64,000 bases of DNA from Felis catus (GCF_018350175.1 NC_058383.1:2666001-2730000), one strand, 5' to 3'. Shown: positions 12,091-25,490, counted from the first letter of the stretch. The notes: generated by a model not told the origin, from the sequence alone. Made by a program: numbers and translations.

Positions 12091-12869
12091 CGACAGTAGT
12101 GACGTTGCTGATACCGAGGCGGTATGAGCGAGGTGGCGGGTGGGGATCTTTATCCCTCACCTGCATTTGAGGGAGGAGTAGTAGTCACTTTGCATCCTCC
12201 ACCATCACGACCCCCTGCCCAGACTGCAAGCCCCCACGCCCAGCCGTTGCCCCATTCGTGGGACTGGAAGTGTCCCGGGCCCCCGCTGAGGCTCTGAGTA
12301 AGGGCTGGCTGTCACTCTCCCGACAGTTCCTCCAGAGCTTTGCAAAAATATGGCTCATGGGGTGCCACCCACATAGCACATCGAGGCACGTTCTGGCCAG
12401 CCTGGTGGCCCTGGCATGGTTCTCAATCGTCTCTGGAGGTTAAGTTGGGCTGTGGGTTGCGTCTCTCTCCCTGCTGGCTCAGCCGAGAGATGCCTGGAGC
12501 CCTTCAGTTTTGGTGGGGGGAGATGAAGCGTCTGGAGTGCCCAGAAAACCCCTTGTGACTACTCTTAACGTGAAATCCGCACAAGGACTGCCTTTTGTTA
12601 TTTTTGCCGGTATACACCCAGAGTTTTGAAAATGTCAGCACACACCCCACGCGGAGTAGAGCACCCCCATGGTGTGCCAGGCATAGGTTTCAGGTCATTT
12701 GATTCCCCCAACAATCTCACGGGACAGAATCTCACCCTGTCCCATCCTAGAGACGAGGCACTTGGAGCTCAGAGAACGTAAGTCGGCCGCCCGAGGTTAC
12801 GCAGCAAATGGGGAGAGTCGTAATCCAAAGGGTCACAGGCTCAGCTGCGCAGGGCAGAGGTGAGCTCAC

Positions 12870-13075
12870 ATTGTCCTTTAGGGACCACGCCACACGTATT
12901 TTAGGCTTCGTGCGGCAGACAGGATCCGTGCAACCGCTCGCCTCCGTCACTCAAGCGTGAGAGCCACGCTGTGGACGCTCTGTAAACATTGAGCACAAGG
13001 TGTTCTAATAAAACTTTATCTAGGAAAACAGATGTCGGGCCAGATGGGGGCCGTGGGTGTAATTTGCCGACCCCG
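12870..13075 (+). mobile_element. MER58A-like hAT element
   Basis: tgttctaataaaactttatctaggaaaacag...gggccagat...tttgccgacccc. Confidence 0.75.
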
Positions 13076-13109
13076 CACCTGAAGAGGCCGTTAGCTAAAG
13101 TCAATGAGA

Positions 13110-13261
13110 AAAACACCAGCACTGTGGCCGCATCCGGAAGTTGGGAGGGGGTGGTGGCCACGGATCCCAGCCATGCACAGCAGCCGGTACTCAGTTCCCT
13201 CCCACCCAAGACACGCAGCCAGTGTGGCCGGTGTTCAAGAGAAGCCACAAGTCTGCATGTG

Positions 13262-13308
<47 letters not shown>

Positions 13309-13432
13309 GTGTGATCTCCTCTTTTAAATGTTGGATCAAATCAGTAAAATAAGATCAAAACTCCTGTGCACACCAAGTAGGTGTTCAAGGCTAGGCTGTG
13401 GCCCGCAGGCTGCCCGCCTACAACCTCTCTGC
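13110..13432. mobile_element. Ancient hAT-Charlie-like remnant containing (TG)n
   Basis: ttcaagagaagccac...gatctcctcttttaaatgttgg and tggcccgcaggctgcccgcctacaacctct end; (TG)n at about 13265-13306. Confidence 0.45.
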
Positions 13433-13489
13433 TCTGAAAACCTACCAAACAACCCTGCATTTATTAAGTAATAATTCATCTGTTTTCCC

Positions 13490-13760
13490 ATATTTTATTT
13501 ATCAAAGACCTCAGTAACTGTCAAGCAGAACTTCTTATCAGCAGGAACTGACCAGCGGACAAGTGTTACCTCCCAGGGGTTGACTATAAATCCTGGCGAA
13601 CCAGGAAACCCTGACATTTTAATTAGCTGGAACATTCTTATCAGCAGTCAATCCCGACGGTGCCATTTCACATTGTCTGTGAACCCCTAATTGGGAATCT
13701 CTGATTTGGTCCCTCCAGGGCCACACCTCATGCGCGTGGGCTCATCCTCATTATTTTACT
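13490..13760. promoter_or_regulatory. Candidate enhancer (GATA / NKX / T-box / TCF motif cluster)
   Basis: Non-repetitive; TTATC x3, 13-mer ttcttatcagcag x2, CAAGTG, CCACACCT, ATCAAAG. Motif inference only. Confidence 0.35.
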
Positions 13761-15359
13761 GTGGCGGCTGCCTTTATATTATTCAACATACCACCAACAC
13801 CGCGAGCTGCTCTCGCACAGCTGTGCACAGCAGAACATCCTGAAACCAAAAGAAAAAAGGGGGTTCCATTTGCCACAGCACCAGCAAAAGAATACGGAAA
13901 AAAAGTTTTTTTTTTTTAACACAGAACAAATAATTACTCCGGATCAAACAAGGCAGCGGACAGATTTCCTCCTCTCCGGGCTCCTGGAGAAACCACAGAA
14001 TTCTGCAGCAGGGACGGGCCCAGGAAGAATCTTTGTTACTCTCAAGGCACCGTGGAACCACCTGAAAGGCACATGCTTACCTGGCCCCTCCGTGGAGATC
14101 TGGGGGTCGGGGACCCCGTTTCTTATGGATCTAGAAAACCCAAGCCTTGCAGGGAACCATAGCTTTGGGGAAATCCCACGCAAGGATCTCTCCCCTCAAA
14201 TACAAGCAAATCCAGATTCAGTAAGGAGAGACTTCATTCAGAAGGGTCATTAGGGGAGCGAAGGTGGCAGGACACAGTGTTGATGCAGGGAGAGCTCAGG
14301 TCTGGGGTCTGCAATGTGGCAAGAGTACGCAAGGTCAGGCAAAAGGCCTTTCTTTCACGGGGAGGAGGGAGCCAGGCTGGGAAGAAGGGGTGTGGGCAGT
14401 AGTCTGTATGGGCATGGGCTGGAGACGACAGGGGTGCGGGTGCGAGCACACCGCTCCGATAGACGGACCTGCTTGGGAGGGGCTGGCTGCCGGCTCTCTC
14501 TCAGGGTGGGCCAAAGGTCAGGCGCGTGCGGAGGCAGAGAAGCTTAACCCGAGTTTGGCTGACCAGTGTCTGTTACCGTTGACTGTTTCGTGCAGCCATT
14601 CGCAAAGCGAAGGATGGGAATGTGGGGTTCTGTGTCCGGCCTTGATGGAGAGAAAGGGGGCAGCAGCATCCTCGAGTCCTATCGGAGTCTCGTGGGAAAG
14701 GGCGTTTTTCTCTACAAGCTGTATCCGGAACGCAAAAGGGTGGGGGACTTCTTACCCAGGCTGTTTTCCAGGACATGGGGCTCAGGTGAAACTTAACACT
14801 GTCACCACCACCACCACCACCACCACCCCCCCGGGGTCACCTACAATAGTCCATGGCTTATGGATAAGTTGAGAATTCTCCCACCTTTGCCTGGAGCCAT
14901 CTAGTGAATTTTCTGGGCCTATCCTTTCTGGAAATTTCCCTTCTATTCCCCCCCGAACGAGCTGCTCCCTCAAATTCTGGAAGGCTCTGCAGTAGGAAGC
15001 AAGGCTGGGGCTGAGCCGAGAGGCTGGTCTCAGGCTCCCCTGGAATTTGACGGAGGCCCCTCCCGTCTCTGACCCCACGTCGGGCCCTGCCATCACAGGC
15101 TTCCAGTGATACCCCAGACCCGTGGCCTCTAGCCTTCCCTCACCTCTCTCACCCCTAACCCCCCAGCCAGCTCTTTCCCCAGCTGTAGACTCTGACATGG
15201 CCTAGCTGGTTCTGTTGCAGAACCCAAAAGCTTTTTGATGATCCTAATCTGCCTATAAAAGTACTTCCAAGGGCTGCATTGCCACAGACGTGGTAAGTTC
15301 AAACCTATTTCGCTACGACAGTAAAAATAACACTGATGGGTGTCATTGTTACTATAAGT

Positions 15360-15560
15360 GACATGGCTACTAAACGGCGCCTACGCACGGCTGCGTGCCA
15401 AACCCTGCTGGGAGCGCTTCGCACGTGTGAACTGATTCATCGGATCCAGGCAACAATTCTGCGGAGCGAGTCTTCTTATTCCCGTTGTACAGATGGGGAA
15501 GCTGAGGCACAGAGGGGCTTCTCCTAGTTTCAGAGCTGGGATTTTCAGCCTGAGCCCGAA
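15360..15560 (-). mobile_element. MIR
   Basis: ttattcccgttgtacagatggggaagctgaggcacagag core. Confidence 0.75.
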
Positions 15561-16999
15561 GCAGGACTTTCGCCACCACCTTCCACCGCTCTCAGGGCGA
15601 CGAGGCAGTGCCAGTTGGGTTCCCAGAAATGATGATTTTTCCGCTCCGTGGCGGCTGGAGCGGACACAGGACACCTGCTGGGAAGTCGGCGACCGTTTCT
15701 GCTGCAGAGGCGAGTGTGTATGTCTGTTTCCTAAAACTGGCTGCTGACACAGGTGTCTGCTTACTTCAGGGCACCGTTTCTGGACCCGTGTTGGGAACAC
15801 AGGCGCTTTTCATTTTAAGAGGCTCTCAGAGCAAGTGAACTTGAGATTTCATTAAGATAGCTATTGTGTAAGAAAACCGGGCAATCTGGCTGAACAGGTT
15901 TTGTTTTTGTTTTGTGTTTTAAAAGAAGTACCTATTTTAAAGCAAGATTAGTATTGGTTACCCCAGTCTCTGCAGCCAATTCACCTCTCTCCTAAACCTG
16001 TCCGGTGGGGGGTGGAGTGGGGGTGGAAGGGGTCGAGAGAGGAGGGAGGAGGCTGGGAAGAGGAGCGATGGACGTGGGGGTTCACAGTGCCCGCGATCTG
16101 GAAGTTCACCCTGGCCATGGCAGGGCCAGCGTGGGAACGTGATCGTAACAGCAGGGCTCACCCAGCGGCGACTGAGTCCTGCTGTGCCCGGGTCATCTCT
16201 CATTCTTAGGACAACCCTGGAGGCAAAGCTGGGGCATTGGAGTCTCTCCGAAATTGGTTGAAATCTCCTTTCCACCCCTTAATGAGCTGCGTGGCCTTCA
16301 GCGGGCCGCCGTCCCCTGTGTCAGTGTGGGTGTCCTCGGATAAAGGGAGGCCTCCCGGTAGTGTCTGTGAGCGTTAATGAAATCATGCGCATTACGTAAA
16401 TACATCCTGCATATGAAGTCAGGACTAAGAAGATATAATTTTAAAAATGGGCATAATTCTCCTCACCGTACACAGAGGAAACAAGTCGAAATGACCAGAC
16501 CCAAATCATGAGGCTAACCAAGCAGTGGACGGGAGTCAGCAGATCTGGGTCCAAATTCCAGACTCGGTGAGCAGCTAATAAGTGGGAGGTCGTGTTACTG
16601 GTAATGGTGACTATCATTATCATCACAGGCTGGTGGCTTGGGGTCCGGGACCTGGGCTGATACCCCGTTGTGACCGGCGCCCTGTGGGGACTCTGTCCTG
16701 CCAGCAATAACAGCTGCTAATGAGGTTGGGGCTCACAAGATGATTATCGGGAACACTTTCCTCTCACACTTTGGCCTCGCTTGCTTTCTATGCCAGTGAA
16801 GCAGAGGGGAGGCTAACCGCTCACGGGAGCCCTCAGAATTCCTCTTCAGAGGTGACACTGCCACCCCAGCCTGAAATTTAAAAACCCTCACGCACGTACT
16901 CGTGGATACACATCAGGAATTTAAAAGATCTTCCAGGGGTGCTGCGGGACCACGTTTCTGGGTAACACTCACAATGATTACAGACAGGCGATGCGGAGC

Positions 17000-17185
17000 A
17001 TAACTGAAGAGTCAGCCCCAGTCATTTTCTGGCTGTGCAACTGTGAGCCTGTTCCTTAACCTCTCTGAGCATCAGTTTGCCCCTTTTATTAAGTGGAGGC
17101 AATAACAACCTGCTACACAGAGTTGGGGTGGGGGTGGACTGAGATAATGCTTGGAAGGTGCCTGGCACCTAACAAAAGCCATGCT
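17000..17185 (+). mobile_element. MIR
   Basis: cttaacctctctgagcatcagttt...gtgcctggcacctaac. Confidence 0.75.
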
Positions 17186-18539
17186 AAAGTTTACCCGTTA
17201 TTTGGGAAGATGAGTCCCCCTTTGGCTTCCAGGGAGGCAGCGGCCACACTTGCTGGGGGCGGGTGGGCCAATTCTGAGGCACTACATTCATGCTGTCTCC
17301 TCTTTAAACACAGCACGGCGGCCACCGCGACCCCACTCCCGACCTCTCGGAAGGAAGGAAGTGAATAAAGACCTAGCAGGTCCCGCGGAAAATCCGCCAA
17401 TCCCACCACCCTGCCCTGGCCCTCCGCTCTTTACCTTAACCCCAGGACACGCTTGACCCTTCCCTTCAGTCTGTCTGAGCTCTACTGTATCCTGGGGAGA
17501 AAGCCAAGTTCTTAGCCATGACATTGGCCTTTTTTCCCTTTTTTGTTAAAAACAAAACAAAACAAAACAAAAACAAAGCGGTGAGAAATGTTCCCTCCTT
17601 GCCTTCCTGCACCGTCTCCTCTTTCAACCCCTCAATTTCTTAGGAATGAAATCATCCAAGATATAAATAAAATGTTCTAAATAAAGCTCTATTCGACTGC
17701 AGCCGAAGACATATCTGCGTATGTATGTGACTGTCAGCCAAAATAAATTAACCTCCAGTGGAAGTCATTTTCATGTAATTAATTATTCTTGTATCAGCTG
17801 AAAGAGACAGGTGCACCACTGGATTGCCTTGCTCGAACTTCTCAATGAACATCTTAAGGAGGCTAGCTACACTTAAAACACGCCAAGTGACTAGTGCACA
17901 GCTATCACTTTTGTTCTGATACTGTTTCTTGACTTAGACCCTTGATTTCTCCATCACTGCAAAGGGAAAACAAAAGAACGGACACCAAAGGCATTTTGAA
18001 GTGCGTGATGTGCTAATTAAGCAGCAGGAATGCAGCCTCCTGTTTCAGCTGATGTCTTCCTTCTCCAGCTCAAGGAAGGGGTTTAGGCTGCTTGGGGCTT
18101 TACGGCAAACAAGTTGGGATGCGGTAAGTCGGTTACTAGCCAGAGTTCTTACCGTGTCCGGGAGGTCAGAGCCCTGGCGTGTTCAAGTGCTCGTACGAGA
18201 TGAGAAAATAGGCCGAATGAGAAGATGGCCAGGTGAATTTGCAACTTGTTGAATGAAATTATCCAAAGAAGGACATTAGGGAGTTGGAGCCTCTGGTGGA
18301 GTGCCTTAGGTCTCTTTCTTTCACCTTCTTTTGAAGCCATCACTGCGGGACATGACAGAAACCTGGGGGAAGAGTGGTTATACTTGGTGGCTGAGTGAGA
18401 CCAACCAGCCCGGACAGACTGGAAGTGATGGGCTGATTGAACAAGCTGTTTTCCAAAATAAATGTAAATCCTTGCACCAGGGGTAAGAAAAACCAACTAA
18501 CCAACCAACCAACACCACAGGGTACAAAGAATTTACTTA

Positions 18540-19430
18540 AAAGCAACCTTATAATCCTAACCCTTCCTGAGTCATCTTGTTTTAAGTTTGTCTCTTATTT
18601 ATTAGCAGCATATGACTGTATTTTAAATCCAATCTGATATTTAATAGGTGAGATTAACCCAATCACATTTATTGTGATGACTGATATACTGGGGCTTAAT
18701 TCTATCATCTCGTTTTGTATTTTTCTATTTACTATGTTTCTCCACCCCCCCCCTTACTTTCCTTTATGAATTGATAAAGTTTCTTTCTTTCCTTTTCTTC
18801 CTTCTACTGTGTTGGAAATGATAGCCTATGCTTCTGTGTTTTTCTTTGCTACCCATACATTTTTAAACAAATATACTTTATCTTTTTCTCAGAGCCTAAA
18901 ATTATGTAGTGTCTCTGTTCTTCCCTTAAGCAAAAAAAAGGGGCCTGAGAAAATTCAACCTCTTCCCTCCCATTTTCCATGTTACTGCCCTAGAGAAGTT
19001 GGCATCTCTCTTTTGTAAACACAAAAATAGTTTTGCTAGATTCAGTAGTTCATAAGATTTATGAAATTATTTCATGATGTATTTATTTACTCTTGCCTCT
19101 TATGTCCCACTCCTTCACCAGAGTGAACTTTTCTCTTTGCTGAAGTGCATGCTTTAGAAGCTTTCCTGCGGAGGGGTGGTTCTCACTCTTGAGCGGTAAC
19201 TCGTAGCTTCTCTGGGTATATAATTCGAGATTGACAATTACTCTTCCTCAGCTATGTCATGTGTGCTGGCATTTCACGCTGCTGAGGAGATGTCTGGATT
19301 GTCTAGCTTTACGGGGAAACCAACGTCTGCTTTCTAATACCTGGGAATCTTTTCTGTTTATCTTTAAAACTCTGCAGTCAATAACATTGTCTGTGTGTCA
19401 GTTTATTTCTATATATCCTACATAACGCAG
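18540..19430 (-). mobile_element. Old L1 (L1ME-like) remnant
   Basis: tttaataggtgagattaacccaatcacatttattgtgatgactgata and other antisense L1 motifs. Confidence 0.6.
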
Positions 19431-20166
19431 GATGAGAAATTCCTAGTTAAGGATCCAATATCTTCCCACAAAAACAAACGTGAGCAAGTGGGTACCTCTT
19501 CTTCCTGAACAAGGTGGCTCAGCGTCATAAAGATGTCAACATCTCCATAAAAACGCCAAGTAGGTTTTTTTTTTCCTGGAGCCAGACAAGATGATTTGAA
19601 CGTTCAAATGGAAAGATAAACATGCAAAAATAGGGAAACCACACAAAAGGGAAATAAAGGTGAGCTCCTGTAAACATACAGCCTCCATAACTAAGAATGT
19701 GGTACTATTGCATAAATAGACAGAAAGGTCAATACAAAAGCCAGAAACAGACCTAACAACAAAAGAAAATTTAGTGGATGTCATATGTGACATCTCAAAT
19801 CATTGGGAGAAAAGAGAGACCTTTTAATAAATGGTTTTGTAATATATACATTTAGACTTGGACCAAGTTGAATTAGTTCTTCACACCATAAACCAGAAAA
19901 AAATCAAAATGGATTAGAGAACTCATGTAAAGTCTTCTTTAAAAATTGTGGATGAATTCCTTTACAACCTGGATGTGGAGAAATCCTTTCGAAATATGAT
20001 GAAAAATCCAGATGCCATCAATAAAGACTGATTAATTTGATTGCATAAAAATATACCTTCTTATGATTTAAAAAATCAGTCTAAGCAAAGTAAAAAACAC
20101 ACAACAAATGTGAAACCAGGGATCATAAATATAGCTCCTATTATAGACAAGTATGTATCCCTATTA

Positions 20167-20198
<32 letters not shown>

Positions 20199-20836
20199 TC
20201 ATATTCTAGTATATATCCTAGTAACATCCCTAATATATAAAGAGCCTTTTAAAAGGGAGGGTTTAAAGACCACAAACTTGACTGAAAAATGAGCAAAAGG
20301 CATAACCACATAGTTCATAAAAGTCAATGTACACATAGCCCTTTTAGACCTATGAAAAGATATTCAACTTAATAAAAGAAATAGAAATTAAAACTACACC
20401 AAGGTACCATCTCTTACCTTCCATTCTGGCAGAAATTCTAGACCCGAACAACACTACTCTTTGGGGGAAGATGCAGTAGGATACAACATGGCTAGCGCCT
20501 CCTGAAGGGAATGTGGTGATACCCAACCAACTACAAAGCACTTAGCCTTGGCTGCTCCAATCCCACCCCGAGGGATTTACCCTGAAAACACACCTCCACA
20601 AATATGAAACAACGTATGAACAGGCCGGTATTGCAGCCTTGTTTCTAAAAGCAAAATATTGGAAAGAACCCAAATACCATTCATGGGAGACTCATTGAAC
20701 AAATTGTGGTACGTCCATGCAGTTGATGGCTGTGCACCTGGGAAAACAATGAGGAAGATCCTGAGAATAGATTGGTCTCCAGGATATGTTGCTAAGTGAA
20801 AAAAGCAAATTGCAAAAGAGTATTGGAATATACTAA

Positions 20837-20872
<36 letters not shown>

Positions 20873-20990
20873 AATTTTTTTTCTGGAAAGGAACACAGGA
20901 AAGATAAACAAGCTAATGAAAGCAATTATCTATGCGGTTTAGGAGACCAGAAAGGAAGTGAGAGGAAATGAGGCATCTCTGACTGTGGCT
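19430..20990 (+). mobile_element. Old L1 (L1ME/L1MC-like) ORF2-end and 3' UTR remnant
   Basis: atgaaaagatattcaacttaataaaagaaatagaaattaaaactaca, aacaaattgtggtacgtccatgc, ctaagtgaaaaaagcaaattgcaaaag; (TA)n and (TG)n inside. Confidence 0.75.
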
Positions 20991-21089
20991 TTTTGTTGTC
21001 GGGTTAATATCTACCATACTTACAATTATTTTCTATTTGTAGCCCTTTGTCTTTGTTTTTTTGTTTGTTTGTTTTGTTTTTGTTTTTGT

Positions 21090-22740
21090 GTTGTTTTGGT
21101 TTTGGTCTTCCTGTCTTTTTCTATCTTCTCTGGTCTGAATCTTATATGATTCAATTTTCTCTCCTCTGTTAGTATGTCAATTATACTTCTTTTAAGAATT
21201 GTTTTAGTGTTTCCAATGTACATGTACAACCAATCCAAGTTCACTTTCAAACAACTACTTCACGGTCAGCATGTACAGGGACATAGAGTAGAGTATTCTA
21301 AATTCTGCTATAATGTTGCTGCCGGGCACCAGACCTATCCATTGGCTGTGATCACCCATTACCTTGTTGTTGTTATCATTTTGAACAGTTACTTATCAGA
21401 TCAATTAAGAATAAGAAAAAGAAGACATTTTATTTTAGCTTCATTTATTCCTTCTCCAATGCTCTTCCTTTCTTTATGTAGATCTGAGTTTCTTTTTTTT
21501 TTATTTTTAAAAATGTTTTTATTTATTTTTGAGACAGAGAGAGAGAGAAACAGAGTGTGAGTGGGGAAGAGAGACACTGAATCTGAAGCAGGCTCCAGGC
21601 TCTGAGCTGTCAGCACAGAGTCTGACGTGGGACTTGAACTCATGAACCACAAGATCATGACCTGAGCCGAAGTTGGATGCTTAACTGACTGAACCACCCA
21701 GGCAGGCACTCCTCTATAGATCTAAGTTTCTGACCTAACATTATCTAAGAGCTCCCAACATTACTTACAAGGTAGGTCTACTGGAGACAAATCCTCACTT
21801 TTTGTTTGAGAACGTATTTCTTCCTACCTTTGAGGGATGGCTTTGCTGGATCAGATTTCTAGGTTGGAAGTCTTTTTCTTTTTATGACCCAGTAAAGATT
21901 CCACTCCACTCCCCTTTGGCTTACGTGGTTTGTGAAGCGATCTCTGATGTAATTCTAATCCTCATTCTCTGTACATAAGGTGTTTTCTTCCATTGGCTTC
22001 ATTCAAGATTTTCTCTTTGTCTTTGATTTTCTGCAGTTTGAATACGATGTGCCCAGGTGTAGATTTTTTGGTTTTTATTCTCCTTGATGTTCCCCGAGCT
22101 TGCTGTAACTATAGTTTGGTGTCTGTCATTAATTGTTTAAAACTCTCAGTCATTATTATTTGAAATACTCCTTCTGTTCCTTTCTCTGTTTCTCCTCCTT
22201 CCGGTATCCCAATTACACACATGTTGTACATTTTGTAGTTGTCCTACCCTTCTGGCTATTCTGTCCCACTGCCCCCCCCCCCTTTCCCTCATTATTCTTT
22301 CTATGTGCATTTCAGTTTGGGAAGTTTCTAGTGACATTTTTCAAGCTCACTGGTTCTTTCCTCGACCATACCCTATCGACTGATCTGCCCACCCAAAACG
22401 TTGCTCATTTCTGTGACAGAGTTTTTGATTTCTAGCATTTCCTTCCGATTCTTTACAAGCATTTCCATCTCTCTGCTTACGCTGCCCATCTGTTCTTGCG
22501 TGGTGTCCACTTTTTCCGTCAGATCCCTTAGCAGATGAATCACAGTCGTTTTAAGCTCCCAGCCTGATCATTTCAACATCTGTGTCATATCTAAGTCTGA
22601 TTCTGGGGCTTGCTTTGTCTCTTCAGACCCTGTTTCTTCTTGCTTTCCAGAATGCCTGTAATATTTGTTGAAAGTCAGCCATGATGTGTCGGGTAATAGG
22701 AACTGAGGTAAGCCAGCCCCAGTGTGAGCTCTCTGGTGGC
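21090..22740 (-). mobile_element. Old L1 (L1M4/L1MD-like, ORF1-region remnant)
   Basis: ttcaagattttctctttgtctttgattttctgcagtttgaatacgatgtgccc; tttgttgaaagtcagccatgatgtg. Confidence 0.75.
21493..21711 (-). mobile_element. Felid CAN-SINE
   Basis: Full body; TSD tagatct(g/a)agtttct. Confidence 0.95.
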
Positions 22741-25188
22741 TTGGTCCTTGTCCCACAGGGACGTGGACAGGATGCAGTTTGACACCAGGTCAGTTTTGTG
22801 GGTGTCTCTGCTCATTCCTGCCACCTCCGGCAACCACCTTGGGCCACTGTTGTAATGTTTCAGCCCCCATCTGTGGGTAGCAAAGTCCTCCCCAGATGAC
22901 CCAGTCCTCGGCTACGTGGAGTCAATTCTGTTCTCTTTCCCTGGAAGGATTTAATTTCCCAAGAACCTAGGTGTTTTTCGAGGGCGGTTAAGTCTCAAAA
23001 CATATTTTTATACTTTTTCCATTATTTCTGTGGTTTGGGAGATGGAAGGAGGGAAGCATTGTGTGAACTCACATGGCCATTTTCATGGCAAGTAACCTCC
23101 GCTTCCCGCCTATGGCTTTGAAAAAGACACTCGGTTTCATGGAGCGCGGATCGCCTTCGCGTGTCGATTGCTATCTTAATTAGCTTGTAGACAGGCGTCT
23201 GCTTGACTTGCTTGGATAATGATAACAATCCTTCTGGAAGATTATTGACTGATACTTTAGATTTTTCAATCAAAAACCTTAAATTGCAAAATTACATATT
23301 TCAGGCGTGTATTAACTTCGGTAACGGGAGTAAAGAGGCCACATAGAATCTTTGAACATCGCTGAACTTCCTGCTCTGACGCACAATGATAGTATTTTTG
23401 TGAAATGACAAAGAAAGTAAGAGGACGTGATCCTTCCTCTCTTAAAGGCGATTTCTTCTTCTTTTTTTTTTTTTCAGCACAAACTCCGGCCTATAATCCG
23501 GGAGGCCAAGTAGGGTTCCTACTACCTTCTCTTCTCAATTGTTGTTCACATTCAGCACAGGTGATCAGCCAAAATGCATTTGGGTGAAAATAGCAATTTT
23601 GCCCACCCCCAATCCTCTTTCTTTCCTGTCCCCCATCACAACTCCAATCTGGCCATAATTGTACCGTTCCCATAACAACGGCCAAATAGCTGGATCTTTG
23701 TGGAGGGCTTATAACACAGTTGTCCACAAAGCCGCTGGCAATGCTGTGCAGACCGTGCACATCAGCATCTCATGAAAGAGACGGCTTTCGGGGTGAACGT
23801 TCTTGGCAGTGCCAAACCTAACTTGCTAGCCTGCTGATTACCACCACCGCTGCGTTCCCGAACCGAGGCCCGGCGCCCCGTGTCTCTCCTACAATCCTCA
23901 CGTGCACCTTACTCTTGCGATCGTCATTCCCTCGTGGCCTGCCTGGGACATTCAGAACGGCCCAGACGGAGAGAAAAACACAACAAAAACTCCTTCGCAG
24001 GGTGTATTCCACCACATTGCGGCAAAAATCAAAGAATGACATTCTTGAGATCTCAGGGCTGTACTTGAGATTACATAGTATATACTTATATATAAATATT
24101 TTATTTATATACATAAAAGGAAATATATTTCCTTTTTGCCTAGCCACTGTGTGATTTCAGGGAGCAAATTTGTTGATCAGGACCCAAGAGCTGGCTGGAT
24201 GAGGAGCTTCCTTTGTTATGGACTGCAGGCATGTCGAGTTAAGTTAGACGAGTTCCTACCTACAGCTATTTTGATCTCTCCGTAATGAATGAGACAGCCG
24301 CCGTGGGTAAACCTGGAGCTGAATCCCATTTTCTGTCTGAACTCAAGTCTGGGATTCGCAGAATGACAGCTCCTGTCCCCTTGTGAATGCGCTGCTCACG
24401 TGCAAACTGACTTCGGTGAAAATCAGGGGTGGGGTGGGGGGCAGGGCGGCAAGAGAAAAGGAGCGTGGGGATAAGAAGTTGTGAATCGTGCTCATGTGTG
24501 AACCCAGACTCAGGGTTTCTTACAGCCGCAATGCCTCACTGGCAGCGGCCGGTGTGAACGCCATTGGCGTGGACTGCGGACAGAGCCCGGGGGCTCCCTC
24601 CTACGGAATGAGATCGTGGGTAAGCATCTCTGGTGTCCCTGAGAGCTGGGGTGGGCTAGGCTGTGGGACACCTTGATATCTTGCAACAAAGAGAGACCTA
24701 CAGGCTTCGGGCTGGACCCCGCAGAAAGGGTGGCGACCACATCACTTTGGAAAATGATTTCATTTTCACCCCGTCCAGAGACAATGCCGATATTTTGCAT
24801 TTGCAGGAATTACTGTCTAACTGTCTAAGCAATTTCTTGTGTTTTGCTAATGGTTTGATTGATCCCACGTGCATGGAAATGTGCTCTGATGTTTGCCTTT
24901 GTAAAGTTCGGGTCACAGAGAAGCAGCCCTGCCATCCCCTGGAGCTCGTGAGAAAGGTGGACCCTCTCCCCTTCCAGATGTCCTCAACCTGAATCTGTCT
25001 TTTAGCAAGACACTCAGGTGGTTCGGCGCACGTTAGGGGTTGGGAAGCTCTGTTCCGGGTTCATCCTTGGCAAGTATGTTCAGATTGCTCTAGTGTTTGT
25101 ATTTCCTTGGGAGGATGAATTTGTTCTTCTTTACAAGATGTACTTTGGAGTTTTAGTTTGAAAGCTCATCTTGAATAAATGTGTGTAC

Positions 25189-25189
<1 letters not shown>

Positions 25190-25228
<39 letters not shown>
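25190..25228. repeat. (TG)n microsatellite
   Basis: Direct inspection. Confidence 0.95.
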
Positions 25229-25230
<2 letters not shown>

Positions 25231-25289
25231 CTTTTTCCCTTGAGGTCTTGGTGACTTCAGCTGAGAAGAACGAAAGATTCACAGTCGAA

Positions 25290-25490
25290 TCTGCCTGAAT
25301 GCGGCTCAAGACTCCAGAACTGACCAACCATGTGACTCTGGACAAACTACCTCATGTCTTTGAACCTCAATTTGTTCAACTGTCCAGGGGGGATGTTATC
25401 AACCTCACCCAGTTCGTATGAGGATAAAAATAATATACGTAAAGCCCATAAGTCCAGTGCCTGGCACCTAGTGGGTGTTTAATAAATCAT
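25290..25490 (+). mobile_element. MIR
   Basis: tgtgactctggacaaactacctcatgtctttgaacctcaattt...agtgcctggcacctagtgggtgtttaataaat. Confidence 0.8.

Noticed and set aside
14264..14872. 202-aa ORF
   Set aside because: No canonical ATG start in the sequence, includes an (ACC)n microsatellite and has no recognisable homology
24526..24619. Possible 94-nt exon (ttcttacag ... G|GTAAGC)
   Set aside because: Weak polypyrimidine tract and unrecognisable peptide; such pairs are common by chance
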